Assembly: GCF_006345805.1 (NCBI RefSeq)
Contig: NC_043005.1
Span: 84,816,001 to 84,880,000 of the forward strand
Source of the DNA: Octopus sinensis
Taxonomy: Eukaryota
Reading direction: 5' to 3'
Length of the DNA stretch: 64,000 nt
Position 1 is the first letter of the stretch; every line of letters starts with the position of its first letter. Of the stretch, positions 27,459 to 40,299 are shown in pieces. The position numbers were made by a program, and so were the translations under genes. Under the pieces are notes generated by a model. It was not told the DNA's origin, ran no database searches, and saw only the letters and a program-made list of their open reading frames with translations.

Positions 27459-28244
27459 TACACCTATATGCACACACACACATACACACATACACATATA
27501 TATACACAGATATATGCATGCATATATCTGTGTGTGTGTCTGTAGGTATGTATAGATAAACATACAGACATGTGCACACGCACAAACACACACGCAGACA
27601 AACACCGATATTTATCTTATATGTGACAAAATGTTAAAAATATAATAATTGGCATTAATACACTAGCTGTGCCAATCACCTCCAGGTTTAACGCAATTAT
27701 CTAAGACTTAAGTGATCTAACAATCAGACAAGGGAGGGAGAAAAACAAGACATGTCATGACATACTTTTGGAACGTATTCTTCAAAGTCGATGAAAAGAA
27801 TAACTGAGTCACAGACAGGTTATATTTACCATAATCACAAATATCGAGCTGTCACTGTCTGATGAAGAGGAATTTGTCATTAGCATTAAGGATACAAGAA
27901 ATGTGTGCTAAAGAAAAGAAAATTATTTGAAGCAATTAGATGAGAGAAAGGTTTTAAAGACTCCACTTTGAAAATGAGCTGATTTATTTTTGTTTTAATG
28001 AGGTACAAATTCCTCTCTTACATTTTACTTGTTTCAGTCATTAGACTGTGGCCATGCTGGGGCACCATCTTGAAGAATTTTTGTCAACAAAATCAACCCC
28101 AGGATGTATTTTTTTTAATGCCTGGTACTTATTGTTTCTGTTCCTTTTGCTGAACTGCTAGGTTATAGGGATGTAAACAAACCAACACCAGTTGTCAAGA
28201 GGTGGTAGGGGACAAACACAGACACAAAGACTCATATACATATA

Positions 28245-28286
<42 letters not shown>

Positions 28287-28556
28287 GTTATAATTTAGGG
28301 TATCTAAGAGATACCACCACGCTGGAAATAGCAGCCAAATCTTGACTCTAAAACCACATTAAATGTTCATACAGCACCAGGAGAGAAGACAAAAAGATGA
28401 ATAAACTAGCAAAAAGTTACTGGATAATTCCAGATCCTGGATTTCTGACTCTGCATTAGAAATGCTTTGCCTCATCAGTGGAATATACACAGACAGTATG
28501 TAAATACAAATATATATACATAACATATGAATACTTACATATCCTTATTTATACAA

Positions 28557-28587
<31 letters not shown>

Positions 28588-28773
28588 CATACATACTTTG
28601 TGTATCTAGTACACACTTCGCCCTTTAATGTACTTATATATGAATAATATATGGCGTGTCCTAGATCACCGGCGATAATAATTAATTTTATTGTATCGCA
28701 TTTGACTTTATATATATATATATATATATACATACATACATACATATATATGCATATTTTTTATTTTTATTTA

Positions 28774-28810
<37 letters not shown>

Positions 28811-28844
28811 GCACACATTTATATATATGCATATATATCATCGT

Positions 28845-29410
28845 CATTATTTAATATCTGTTGTCCATACTGGCATGTGTTGGATGGTTTGACCAGGGCT
28901 GGTAAGCTGAGGGGTTGCCCCAGATTCTAGTCTGATTTAGCGTGGTTTCTACGGCTGGATGCCCTTCCTAACGCCAACCACTCTGAGAGTGTAATGTGTG
29001 CTTTCACATGCCACCAGCATGGGTGCCAATTTCTGTGACACTGGTATCTGCTACAACTGCAATTTTGCATGGTTTGATGTGTCTTCTTCTCAAGCACGAC
29101 ATAATGTCAAAGATCTCAGGCATTGCCTCCATGAGGCCCAACACTCGAAACACTTTGCCTCTGTGAGGTCAATGCTCGAGAGGAATTTGGCCACTTTGCC
29201 TCCGTGAGGCCCAACATTCAAAAGATGTTCTTTACATGCTACCAGCACAGGTGCACTTGGGTTGATGGGTCCTCTCAAGCACAACACATCGCCAAAGGCC
29301 TCGGTCACTAGTCGTTGCCTCTGTGAGGCTTAAAGTTTGAAGATCGTGCTTCATCACATTGTTCCATGTTTTCCTGGGTCTACCTCTACCACAGGTTCCC
29401 TCCACATTTA
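28845..29410 (-). mobile_element. 5'-truncated RTE LINE 3' end (RT C-terminus + 3' UTR + tail)
   Basis: VEGTCGRGRPRKTW..DL..L.LTEA.TSDR..WR..V followed by the same tail seen in the other copies. Confidence 0.85.
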
Positions 29411-29678
29411 GTAAATAAATGGAGTTGAATGCAGATGTTATGCACATTAACCCGGAGTTTCTACCTTTGAATAGGTCGCTACATCCTTGTTACTTGCGTG
29501 AATTTTGCTACCCTGATAACTGTTTATTGAATTTTCCATGTTAACGGTAAACAAAGGATAATTCATTCATCCATTTATATATATAAAGGGAAAGTATTAC
29601 GAAAATAAACAAAAGACAAAGGCAGGTGGAGTACAAACAAACAAATGTATTAGTATAGCCCTCAGGAATAGAAAAAAC

Positions 29679-29716
29679 TCTTTTACGTTTCGAACCTACG
29701 CTCTTCGACAGAAAGA
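29679..29716 (-). ncRNA. Minimal type-I hammerhead-like motif, U6 variant
   Basis: UCUUU-CUGUCGA-A-GAGC(GUAG)GUUC-GAAA-C-GUA-AAAGA: 5-bp stem I, 4-bp stem II, palindromic ACGU stem III. Confidence 0.6.
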
Positions 29717-30486
29717 TACACAGAAAAAAAAAACAAGGAGAGAAAAAAAATGCGTGTAGGAGCTAACAATCTATCATGGCGTCCTGACTTCGGATATGTA
29801 TATATCAGGAAAATTTTTTTACAATAAAGCAAACAAACAGGGTGTGCATTGCACTACATGTCTCAAGGGTTGAACTTTCCTGTTTACTCAGCTTTCATCT
29901 AACTTTTCTCTTTCTTGTATTCTTTCTGTTAAACCCTTAATCTCTGACTTTTTTCTAATCCTTCAGTCCCGCTTTCCTCTACCCATTTCTCCAGCTTCCA
30001 TGTGACCAATGTCTGGCCAGCTATATTTCTTTTTTGGCCTGACTGCCAGCCTCCAACACCTCTTATGTCTATCTGCTATGTTCTTGCCTTTAGGCTTTCA
30101 CTTCATACACACCAGCTCAATTGGATTCATTCTCAGTCGTAATACACCTATTGTTATTTTCTTGTTGCTTGTATTCATAAATGTGTACCATGTTTCCCGT
30201 TTTTTGTCTTTTTGTGTACCATGTTCTCCATTTTTTGTCTTTGCTAGCTTTCTTACATAGGGGTCTAATGTTTTTAGCTTAGACTTTTTTGGGGACAACC
30301 AGATCGAACCATTTCAAGTGTAACTACATGAAATGACCGTGACTTCTGGTACTTGACTGATGAAAGAAAGCCAAGAATGACCCGTCTTTTTTTGCCTGTT
30401 CTTCTAATTGTTGTTTCTCTTTTCTGCCTTTGTATCATCTATCTGTCTGAATGTTTTATTGTCCTCTATTGCACTTTTGCTCCATT

Positions 30487-30523
<37 letters not shown>

Positions 30524-30554
30524 CAGAATCTCTCTCTGATTATTTTCTCTTATT

Positions 30555-30592
30555 TTTTTCTGTTGAAGAGTGTAAGCTCGAAATGTAAAAGA
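30555..30592 (+). ncRNA. Hammerhead-like motif, U6 variant, degenerate
   Basis: UUUUU-CUGUUGA-A-GAGU(GUAA)GCUC-GAAA-U-GUA-AAAGA. Confidence 0.5.
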
Positions 30593-31578
30593 CTTCATTT
30601 TTCCCGAATGTCAAACTAATACATTTGCTTGTTGTTCCTACACCCGTCCTCATCTTTTGTTTTTCTATAAATTTCAACTATACATATATATATGTATATA
30701 TAAGAGTGTATAAATATTTTTATACACAGAGAGATCTTTCATTGGACTCCACACATGCTAGAAAGTACAGTTAAAACCCAAACCACGAAAAAAGAAAGAA
30801 TTCACGAGGCACGCTGTTATAACATTAGAACGAAAAAAAAAGAAATGAATTGGTTAATCCCAACCTCGAATTTCACTATTAATTACCAAATAAACTAATT
30901 TGTAAGTAGATCGTCGGTGAGATCACTGATTAATGAATAATTATGTAGCTGCAAATATGTACCAAAAATGCATGTGCAAGACAGCTACATCTTTATCCAT
31001 TGTGGATAATAGTAATTATATATATTTATATGTCTTTTATTTTCCACTCTTAAGGTTTTGGTCAGCATGGGGCTATAAGTAGAAGACACTTTCGCAAAAT
31101 GTCAGGCAGCAGGACTGAACTTGGGACCTTGTGGTTGGAAAACAAACTTCTTACCTCACAGCCAAGCTTTGATGTGATTAGACTGCATGGAAAATGTGTA
31201 TTTGCTTGGGTGTTTGTGTTTTATAGGTGGAAGTAGCTTTGTCCCTGAGTGTGTGTATTAATGCAAGTATGTATAAACGTGTGCATATATAACGGTGTAT
31301 AATAACAAGTAAATATTAGGTATAGAAAACAAGAATCCTTTGGATAGAAAATGTCAAAGGCTGGCTGTGGGATTTGAACCTATATTTTTTGTAGGATTTG
31401 AACCTATATTTTTTGTAGCCAAGGGACAGAGTTCAAATCTTACCAAGATCAATTTTGCCCTTCATCCTTTTCAACATGAGAACTGCTGGAGCACCCTCCC
31501 CTCAAAATTCCTGGCCCCATGATGTCTCCCCTCTACATCACAGAGAAATACCCAAAATTCACTTATTTGTTCTTATAG

Positions 31579-31622
31579 CTGCCATTTTCTTTCTCACATG
31601 GGGCAATTTCTCGAAACAGATG
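31579..31622 (+). CDS. Candidate exon of unknown gene (xCHFLSHMGQFLETD)
   Basis: ttatttgttcttatag| and ATG|gtgagg; 44 nt; the phase 2 to 1 reading joins the next exon in frame. Confidence 0.5.
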
Positions 31623-31659
31623 GTGAGGTAGAGGCAAAAATACATGTGATAGTGACAAT

Positions 31660-31690
31660 GATGATGGTGATAATGATGATGATGTTCAAA

Positions 31691-31789
<99 letters not shown>

Positions 31790-32310
31790 AATGATGGTGA
31801 TGATGATGATGATGATGAGAGTGATGATGATGATAATGATGGTGATGATGATGATGATGATGATGAGAGTGATGACAATGATGGCTGTGATGATGGTGAT
31901 TGTAGTGCTGTTGATAAGTGATGACAATGACGATTATAATGATAATGATGCTGATAGTCATCACGATGATGATGATGATGATGATGATGACAACAGCAAT
32001 GATGAGGATGGCACTAGTGGTTAGCAGTGGTGGTGATGAAGATGATGGTGGTGATAGTACTGAGGGTGAGCAGGATGATGTTGATGATGATGATGATGGT
32101 TATTATGAACGTGATATAAATGGTAGACATGTTAGTAATGATGGCTGGCACGAGGGCAATAGTAGCCCCCTCCTCTTCTTCTTCCCCATTCGCTATCATC
32201 GTCCTCATTACAATCCTCCTCCTCTTTCTCCTCATGATCATCATCATCGCCATCTTCATTATCATCATCAAAGTGGTCATCGTCATTACCATATTCACCA
32301 TTACCATCAC

Positions 32311-32368
<58 letters not shown>

Positions 32369-34502
32369 GTCTTCATCATCATCCTCATGAACATGTATAA
32401 TTATCATCGTGATCATCATTATCATACTCATCATCCTCATCATCCTCCTTACCATCATCATCATCTGGTTGCTTCTTCTGCAGTAGTGGATGATGATGAT
32501 GTTGATGCTGATATGATGGTGGGTAGAGAGGTAAAGAGCAAGGAAAATAGTAAAGGACACAGAAAGAGGAGTAAGAGGAGGAGTAGGAGGAGGAAAAGAG
32601 AAGAGTAGTAGGAGGGAAAGTGAGAGAAGTGAGAGGAGAAGGAGTTTTGGCAACAAGGGATGCAATAAGGGTTGAGGTTGAACCAAAGGGGATGGTGTTG
32701 TGATGCAGATGCTGATGGCAGGCAGGATCAATATTGGTCATAAAACGATGATCAAATTACATGACAGGGATCTGTCTAATGAGAATCAAAATATTTATAG
32801 TGATGATGATGATGATGAGTGATGATGACGATGATATGATGATGATGATAGTGACGATGGTGGTGATGATGATGATGATGTTGGCGATGATGATGGTGAT
32901 GATGGTGATGATGATGGTGATGATGATGGTGATGATGATGGTGAGGATGGTGATGATGATGATGATGATGATGAGGATGATCCCAGTGATGATGATGATG
33001 ATGATGGTGATGATGATGGTGAGGATGGTGATGATGATGATGATGATGATGATGATGAGGATGATCCCAGTGATGATGATGATGATGATGGTGATGATGG
33101 TGATGATAATAATGATGATGATGATGACAATGAAGATGATGATGATGATGGTGATGATGATGTTGATAATGGTGATGATGATGATGGTAATGATGATGAT
33201 GATGATGACGATGATGATGATGATGATGATGGTGACAATGGTGATGATGATGACGATGATGATGATGATGATGATGATGACGGTGATGATGGTGATGATG
33301 ATGGTGACAATGGTGATGATGATAACGATGATAGTGAAGATGATGATAGTGATGATGATGGTGATGATGGTAGTGGTGGAGGTGGTGGTGGTTATGATGA
33401 TGATGATGATGATAACGATGATGATGATGATGATGATGATGACGGTGATGATGATGGTGATGATGATGGTGATGATGATGATGGTGATGATGATGGTGAT
33501 GATGATGGTGACGATTTCAATGATGATAATGACGATGGTGATGATGACGGTGATGATGATGACAGTGATGATGACGATGATGGTGATGATGATGATAGTG
33601 GTGATGATGATGATGGTGATGATGGAGTCATGATGATGATGGTGGCGATGATGATGATGATGATGATGCTGATGAAGATGATGATGATGTTGGTGCTGGG
33701 AGGGGCAGGAGTGTAGGTGGTGGTGATTATATTAATGGCGATGACGGTTTTGATGATGATGATGATGATGATGATGGCAGTGGTGATTGCAGAGTTAATG
33801 ATGCTAATGATGACAGGGATAATTGCAGGGATAATGTTGATGATGATTATGATGGTGATGGATTAGGTGATGATAATGCAATAATGTTGTTAATAATGAA
33901 GAGGATAATGAAGGGGATGATCGTGATTGTTATCCTGAAGATGATGATGATGAGAATAATGATTATGATGATGGTGAATATGGAGTTGATGGTGGGTGTG
34001 ATGGTTGTGATGGCTATGGAGAATTTTTGATGATGATGATGGCAGTGGGGAAGAGGTGGGATACAGGATGAGGAGATGGGGTAAAGAGGAGGAATATGAT
34101 AAAGAGGGGATGAAGGAAAATGAAGGGGAGGAGGAAGAGAAGGAAGAGTAAGAATAAGAGTAAGTGGGAGAGGATGAGGTGTAGAAGGAGTAAGAAGATT
34201 AAGAGGAGAAGGAGGAGGTGTAGTAACAATAAGAATAAAAAGAGGAGGAGGAGGTGTAAGAAAAGCAGCAAGAAGAGGAGTAGAAGGAGTAAGAAGATTA
34301 AGGGGCAGGGAAGAGAAAGAGGAGGAGAAGGAGGGGTCAGAAAAATGTAACAAAATTGAAGAAAATGACGATGCTGCAGTTGATAATGAAGATGATGATG
34401 ATGATGACGGTGATGATGATTATGATGGTGATGGTGTTGATGGTGATGGTGTTAATTATATGATTATGATGGTGATGGTGTTGATGGTGGTAATGATGGT
34501 GG

Positions 34503-34557
<55 letters not shown>

Positions 34558-35390
34558 GATGATGATGATGATGACGGTGATGATGATGACGGTGATGATG
34601 ATGACAAGGAGGATGGTGGTGATAATGATGATGATAGCGATGATGATGATGATGATGGCGAAGGTGTTGTTGATGGTGAGGATAATGACGACAATGAAGA
34701 TGAAGATGATGATGATGATGATGATGATGATGACAGCAACGACGTTGATGCTGCAAGTTTATAATAATTATGCAAGGTGCGTAATTCTAATTATATTTGT
34801 AAAGTTGGTGCCAGTTTGAGAGAACGGTTAGATTTCTTTATTCCTTAAAGATACAAGCATCAATGCATGCATGCATCTTGATGTTCATAGATGTGCAGTT
34901 ATCTGCATATATGCACAGCGTTTTCATTATGAGTTTTCCTTTTCTTTTTTTTTCTGTTCTTTTCCTCTTTATTTCTCACAGATTCGGTGACGCTGCTGAT
35001 GACTCCTTTCATTTGCGATATCGGTTTTAATATTCCAGCTGGGGATCACGTAATGATAATTGATGAAGCGCAAGTGAGACCCAAGGCTCGGGTTATGAAC
35101 GATGAAGAAAGCGCGAGGCAGGTAATCGTAATTATGACATTAACACCAAAACAACCGCCGTCATCACCACTGCTGCCATCATCATGATCATCATCAGCAG
35201 CAGCATCATCACTACCATCGTCATTGTTATCATCATCATCACCACAATTGTCATCATCATCACTATCATCACCATCATCAGTATCATCAGCATCACCATC
35301 AACATCATCATTGTCATCATCATGATAAGTAAGATTCATGAGAATTATTACCATCTTCATCACCATCATCAGCATCTTCAGCATCATCAC

Positions 35391-35431
<41 letters not shown>

Positions 35432-35650
35432 CCACCATCATTGTCATCATAGACATCACCGTCATCATCATCATCATTATCATTGTCATCATCACCATCG
35501 TCATCACCACCATCTTAACCATCATCATCATCACCATCATCTCCATCATCACTATCATCGCCGTCATCATCATCATTATCATCATCATCATCATCACCAT
35601 CATCATCATCACCACCATCATTATCAAAGTCATCATCACCATCATCATGT
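31660..35650. repeat. ~4-kb field of alternating (GAT)n and (CAT)n arrays with a (GAG/AAG) tract
   Basis: GAT: 31660-32110, 32800-34050, 34385-34750. CAT: 32240-32460, 35160-35650. Purine tract: 34080-34340. Confidence 0.95.
34982..35121 (+). CDS. Best-supported exon, unknown protein (DSVTLLMTPFICDIGFNIPAGDHVMIIDEAQVRPKARVMNDEESARQ)
   Basis: ~45-nt polypyrimidine tract + cacag|; CAG|gtaatc donor; 140 nt open in only one frame (phase 1 to 0); GC/CpG higher than flanks. No family recognised. Confidence 0.7.
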
Positions 35651-35724
35651 CTTTTATAAAATTATTTTAGCATTTTCTACCTTGACTTTTTTTCCATATA
35701 TATCAACTTGTGTGTTCCTTTTCA

Positions 35725-37113
35725 ACAAGAATGTACCCCCACAACATAGACTAGTAGTTAGCAACTTCAGGATCAGGGCTAAATGGATGCCCAGAAGATG
35801 ACCAGCATGGAGGAGAAGGGTCTGGAAGCTTAAAGATCCTGCAAATGGATACAGATTTAGGGACACATTACTCAAAGCCTTTGACGAAATAGAAGGGGAT
35901 ATAGCTTTAGACGATGTGGAAATCAACTGGAGATTTTTACAGGACAACCAGCTGAGGGCCACTGACCAGATCTGTGGATGGTGCAAAGTCCTCTCTCGAC
36001 CCAAAATAATATGGTGGTGGAACAATATTGTGGACAGGACTATTAAAGAAAAGAAACAGGCTTGGAAGGACTGGAAGAACAGTGGTAGCAGGGAATTGTA
36101 TCAGACTGCCAGAAGGGAAGCTAGGTTTATTTAGCCAGAGGGGAAGCAGATAAGAAAAAATATGCCAATGTTCTGTGCCACGAGGACCAAAGACACGAGG
36201 TATTTCGTGTTGCAAGACACTGTATGAGAGAGAATTGTGATGATGTAGGAGAGAAATGTGTATTTATGGATGATGGTTCACTTGCATTAAACGAGACTGC
36301 AAAGAAAGAGGTATGGAGATGCCACTATGAAAGGTTGCTCAATAAAGAGAGTGAATGGGAGAAAGAGAGTCAGTCAAATGTCGATCCAATAGAGGGACCA
36401 GCTATTCAAATTGACAGTACCTTGGTAGATAAAGCAATTAAGAGTATGAAGACAGGGAAAGCCCCCGGCCCATCAGGAATCACTGCAGAGATACTTAAAA
36501 TATCTGGCATTGTCAGCTATAGCCTAGTCACCCAAATAGTTAACCAGGTGATACACGAAGGAGTCATACCCAATGACTGGTGTAGCAGCACCTTAGTCAA
36601 CTGTTACAAAGGTAAAGTGACGCTTTAGATACAAAAAATTACAGAGGTATCAAGTTGTTGGATCAGGTAATGAAGGTCATGGAGAGGGTCATAGCCCAAC
36701 TAATTAGAGAGAGAGTCAGTTTAGATGAGATGCAGTTTGGGTTTGTGCCAGGAAAAAGCACCACTGATGCTATATTTCTGGTAAAACAGCTGCAGGAGAA
36801 ATACCTAGCCAAAGACAAACCTCTGTACCAGGCTTTTGCTAACATGGAGAAAGCCTTTGACAGGGTCCCTCGATCCTTTATCTGGTGGTCAATGCAGAAA
36901 CTATGGATAGATGAATGGATAGTGAGAGCTGCGCATGCCATGTATGGGGATGCTGTCAGTAAGGTGAGGATTGGCAACAAGTGGAGTACATCCAGCTGTA
37001 GAAACTCTGCCAGATCAGATTGGAGCCCAGTGGAGCTATCTGGTTTGCTAGTCCCCAGTCAAATATTCCAACCCATGCCAGCATGGAAAGTGGATCTTAA
37101 ACGATGATGATGA
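35725..37113 (+). mobile_element. RTE-clade LINE, internally deleted and frameshifted
   Basis: PQHRLVV..WWWNN.V..IKEKK.AWK.W; KSMKTGKAPGPSGI; YRGIKLLD.VMKV.ERV; QFGFVPGKSTTDAIF..KAFDRVPR; then a jump at ~36985 to the tail ..CCCATGCCAGCATGGAAAG..AAACGATGATGAT. Confidence 0.92.
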
Positions 37114-37174
37114 TGTCCATTAGTTTTCCTGCAATCATAACTCTTTATAGGCAACTATTTATTTTTTTGTGCAG

Positions 37175-37228
37175 GATCCCAAATGGAGGATAAGACACAG
37201 AGACCCAAGTCTGAGGAGTTTAAAATAA
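37175..37228 (+). CDS. Possible alternative terminal exon (DPKWRIRHRDPSLRSLK*)
   Basis: tattttatttttttgtgcag| acceptor; phase 0 matches the 35121 donor; AATAAA at 37588-37593. Confidence 0.3.
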   Translation, partial: DPKWRIRHRDPSLRSLK

Positions 37229-39100
37229 ATCAAAGGAGAAGTGCCATCACAAAGTCCACTTTTTACTTGTGCTTGGACCCTCATCATAAATAGAACAGTA
37301 TCTTCAAATCAAAACCGAGAGATTTGCTGAAGCTTTCAGGCAATTTGAGATGACAAGTAGTGTCACTAAAATACATGTTTGCATCTCATTAGCAACAGAA
37401 TATGGCCATTAGCAGCTAAATCTTAATGAGGTTAATAATCGTATTCTGATGAAGAAACTGATATTCATATAACTGGGCAGGAATTGATAACATAGAGTCA
37501 CATTTAATTGTTTGTATGTGTCCTACTTTAGGCCTTCAGGTTGCATAATGTAAATGTTAGTACACTGATGGGGGTGGACAGTTCTTAAATAAAGTCTTTT
37601 TCTTTAAATCTGATGAAAGAAAGAATGAAGAAGAGAGAGAAGGAAATAGGGTGTGTGTATGTGAGTGTGTATACAAATTCAGCCGTGTACACACACAAAC
37701 AGACATTCACATCACACACACATGCCCACACAAACACACGCACACAGACATCTAAACATGTGTGTGTGTTTGTGTGTGTGCATGAGTGTACATATATATA
37801 TATATCTATGTAATATATATATATGGGTGTGTGTGTGTGTGTACATATTCGTACATGCAACTACATATCTCTTTCTCTCTCTTTCTAAATATATGTACTT
37901 TTATACGAATGATATACATAGGCAGCTTTATATATATATATATGTGTGTATATGTGTGTGTGTGTGTGTGCGCATCTCTACCTTCAAGTCCATGTTTATA
38001 CGTGACCACACACAATATATCTTTCTGCAAAGATATCTTCGGCAGGCGAAGGTGTTTGTAAATGTATCGTAGCTGTGAACTTCCAGCGATGAATGATCAA
38101 TTACAGACCTTACTCTCACCTTATCTGACCTTTCATCTGACCTTCGACACCAGCCGACCTTTCAACACACTCAACACTAACAACAACAACAACAACAACA
38201 GCAGCAGCTCTTCAGTTGCTGCAGTTTTAATGTAAATATTCTCTCTTCCGTCTTGTCACATTATTTTCGGTTCTATGTCTACACGTCCAGTATACAAGGG
38301 ATTGCATGAAATGACTGGTGGAAAAACGCAGCCAAGTGATCGGTGCAGCAGGTTGTTTCCAATACTTGGTATATTGTTGTGTTTCACGGAGGCACATGGG
38401 TTAGTGGTAAGGGGTGTTGAACTCATGATCACAAGATTGTGGTTCCGATTCCTGGATCGAGTGATGTGTTGTGTCCTTGAGCAAGACACTTCATTTCATG
38501 TCGCTCCAGTTCATTTGACCAGCAAAAAAGAGTGATCCTGCGGTGGACCAGTCTGGTGCCAGACCAGAGAAACCAGGAATATGCTTGGCCACTGGTTTAA
38601 ATTGATCTTAATTTAATATCAAATTTTTACCCTTATTATTTAAATTTATATATATGTCCTGTTATTCGTATTTGTGTAACATTCTCCATTTTTTCCCCAT
38701 CCATGTTTTTGTATACATTTGCTGCTTTCTTCCAAGGAATCTAGTGCTCTTAGCTAAGTTCTTTTGGGGGGGCTGGTCAGATTGGAGCAATCTCGAGTAT
38801 AACCAGCCGAAATTGCAAAGAAAATCTGGAACTTGACTGAGGATAGGAAAATCCGAATGACCCGTCCTTGTTTTCTTTGTATCAGCTGTCTGGAAGTTTT
38901 GCGTTCTTGTCTCATTTTGTATTTTTTATATATAAAAAAATATAGTGGCGTACATACACTTAGGTCTCTTATATGTAAGTATATATATATATATATATAT
39001 ATATATGGGGAGAATTTACGAAAAAAAACAACAAAAAACGAAGACAGGTGGTGTACAAAACAAACAGATGTATTAGTATAACACTCAGGAATAGAAAAAG

Positions 39101-39138
39101 TCTTTTATGTTTCGAGCCTACACTCTTCTACAGAAAGG
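39101..39138 (-). ncRNA. Hammerhead-like motif, U6 variant, degenerate
   Basis: CCUUU-CUGUAGA-A-GAGU(GUAG)GCUC-GAAA-C-AUA-AAAGA. Confidence 0.45.
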
Positions 39139-39231
39139 GACACAGAAAAAAGGAGAGAAAAAAAGATATATATAAAATATATATATATATGCAAATATTC
39201 TATAATTATGCTTATAATTACTATTATTATT

Positions 39232-39760
39232 ATTATTGAGTGAGAGTGCAGCTCTCACCTCCAAAGTGACACGGGGGTTCAAATATATGAAACCCAATAT
39301 ACCCATTATGACTACCCACCTGATAAGAGTACACCAGGTATATGCATCATAAACATATATGCATGGCATGGCCACCTCACATCATGATAAATAGCACGTG
39401 ACCTTGCAGGTGGGGCTTGGTTAGGATTTTATTTTGGCTGAGTAGCGCATCCTGTTCAAAAGGTCCCTGAAAAGGGTTGTTTAAGGATGATGAATGAAAC
39501 ACAAATATTTCCAGAGGTGAATTATTTAAACCCTAAAGAAACCCTCTCATCACATGGCTACGATGTTCCACCACTACTTCTGCTCATGATCAGAGATCAC
39601 ATCATCAGCTACCAAGGGACATGCTCAACTGGTTATGGCCAAACAACTGAGAAGCAAGTCTGTGGTATTGAACAGAATACTCTAAGACAAAACATGTACA
39701 TGAAAATACTTCCAATCATTTAAGACCAGAAGCCAAGAGGGCCGGTGCCTGGTACTGCAT
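39232..39760 (-). mobile_element. ~550-bp (TAA)n-tailed non-autonomous element (family T)
   Basis: Reverse-complement homologue of 42170-42727 and 43050-43582. Confidence 0.8.
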
Positions 39761-40299
39761 CAATATTATTTTGAATTGTGCTCAAGTCTGTAGATTAATT
39801 TCTGGAGAATTTCACAAAAATTGAATTACTTTGCAAGTGTCTTCTTGCACAGAATTATCTCTTAAAGCTAGGGAGTGTCTTTTCATTTATCATTTTCGCT
39901 GTTTTATTTATAGAAAATAAACACAATTTTTAAGAATGTATATTCTTTGCAGCAGACATTTAACACAAAATGTCAACCAGACACACCCTCTTTCTCTTAT
40001 CACACAAAAAAACCATTTCCATAGACAAGACTCAAAAATGATTATAAATAAAATATAAACGAAAATTATAAATAAAAATAAGTGCAGACATGGCTGTGTG
40101 GTAAGAAGTTTGCTTTTCAACCATGTGGTTCCAAGTTCAATCCCTTTGCATGGAACCTTATAAGTGTCAATCTTACAGCATATTCATTAAACCTTATCTC
40201 TCCTGTATTGAATTTTTCTTTTTTATTGTTCATGACCTCTACAATATCTGTCTGTTTGTCCAAAAGACATTAACCCTTGGAAGTAAAGTATGAATGAGA

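Larger units (their letters stand above)
29410..30690. mobile_element. Penelope-like composite with inverted terminal segments (29590-29830 vs 30400-30690)
   Basis: The two segments are reverse-complement homologues, each with a hammerhead-like motif; related pieces at 38830-39160 and 20050-20100. Confidence 0.6.

Noticed and set aside
27766-27803. Minus-strand 38-nt exon-like segment (VILFIDFEEYVPK, gtatgt donor)
   Set aside because: Isolated, with a modest acceptor and antisense to the plus-strand model; expected by chance in 64 kb.
35046-35072. HVMIIDEAQ as a helicase Walker B motif
   Set aside because: No Walker A or other helicase motifs in the assembled exons; a short match alone is insufficient.
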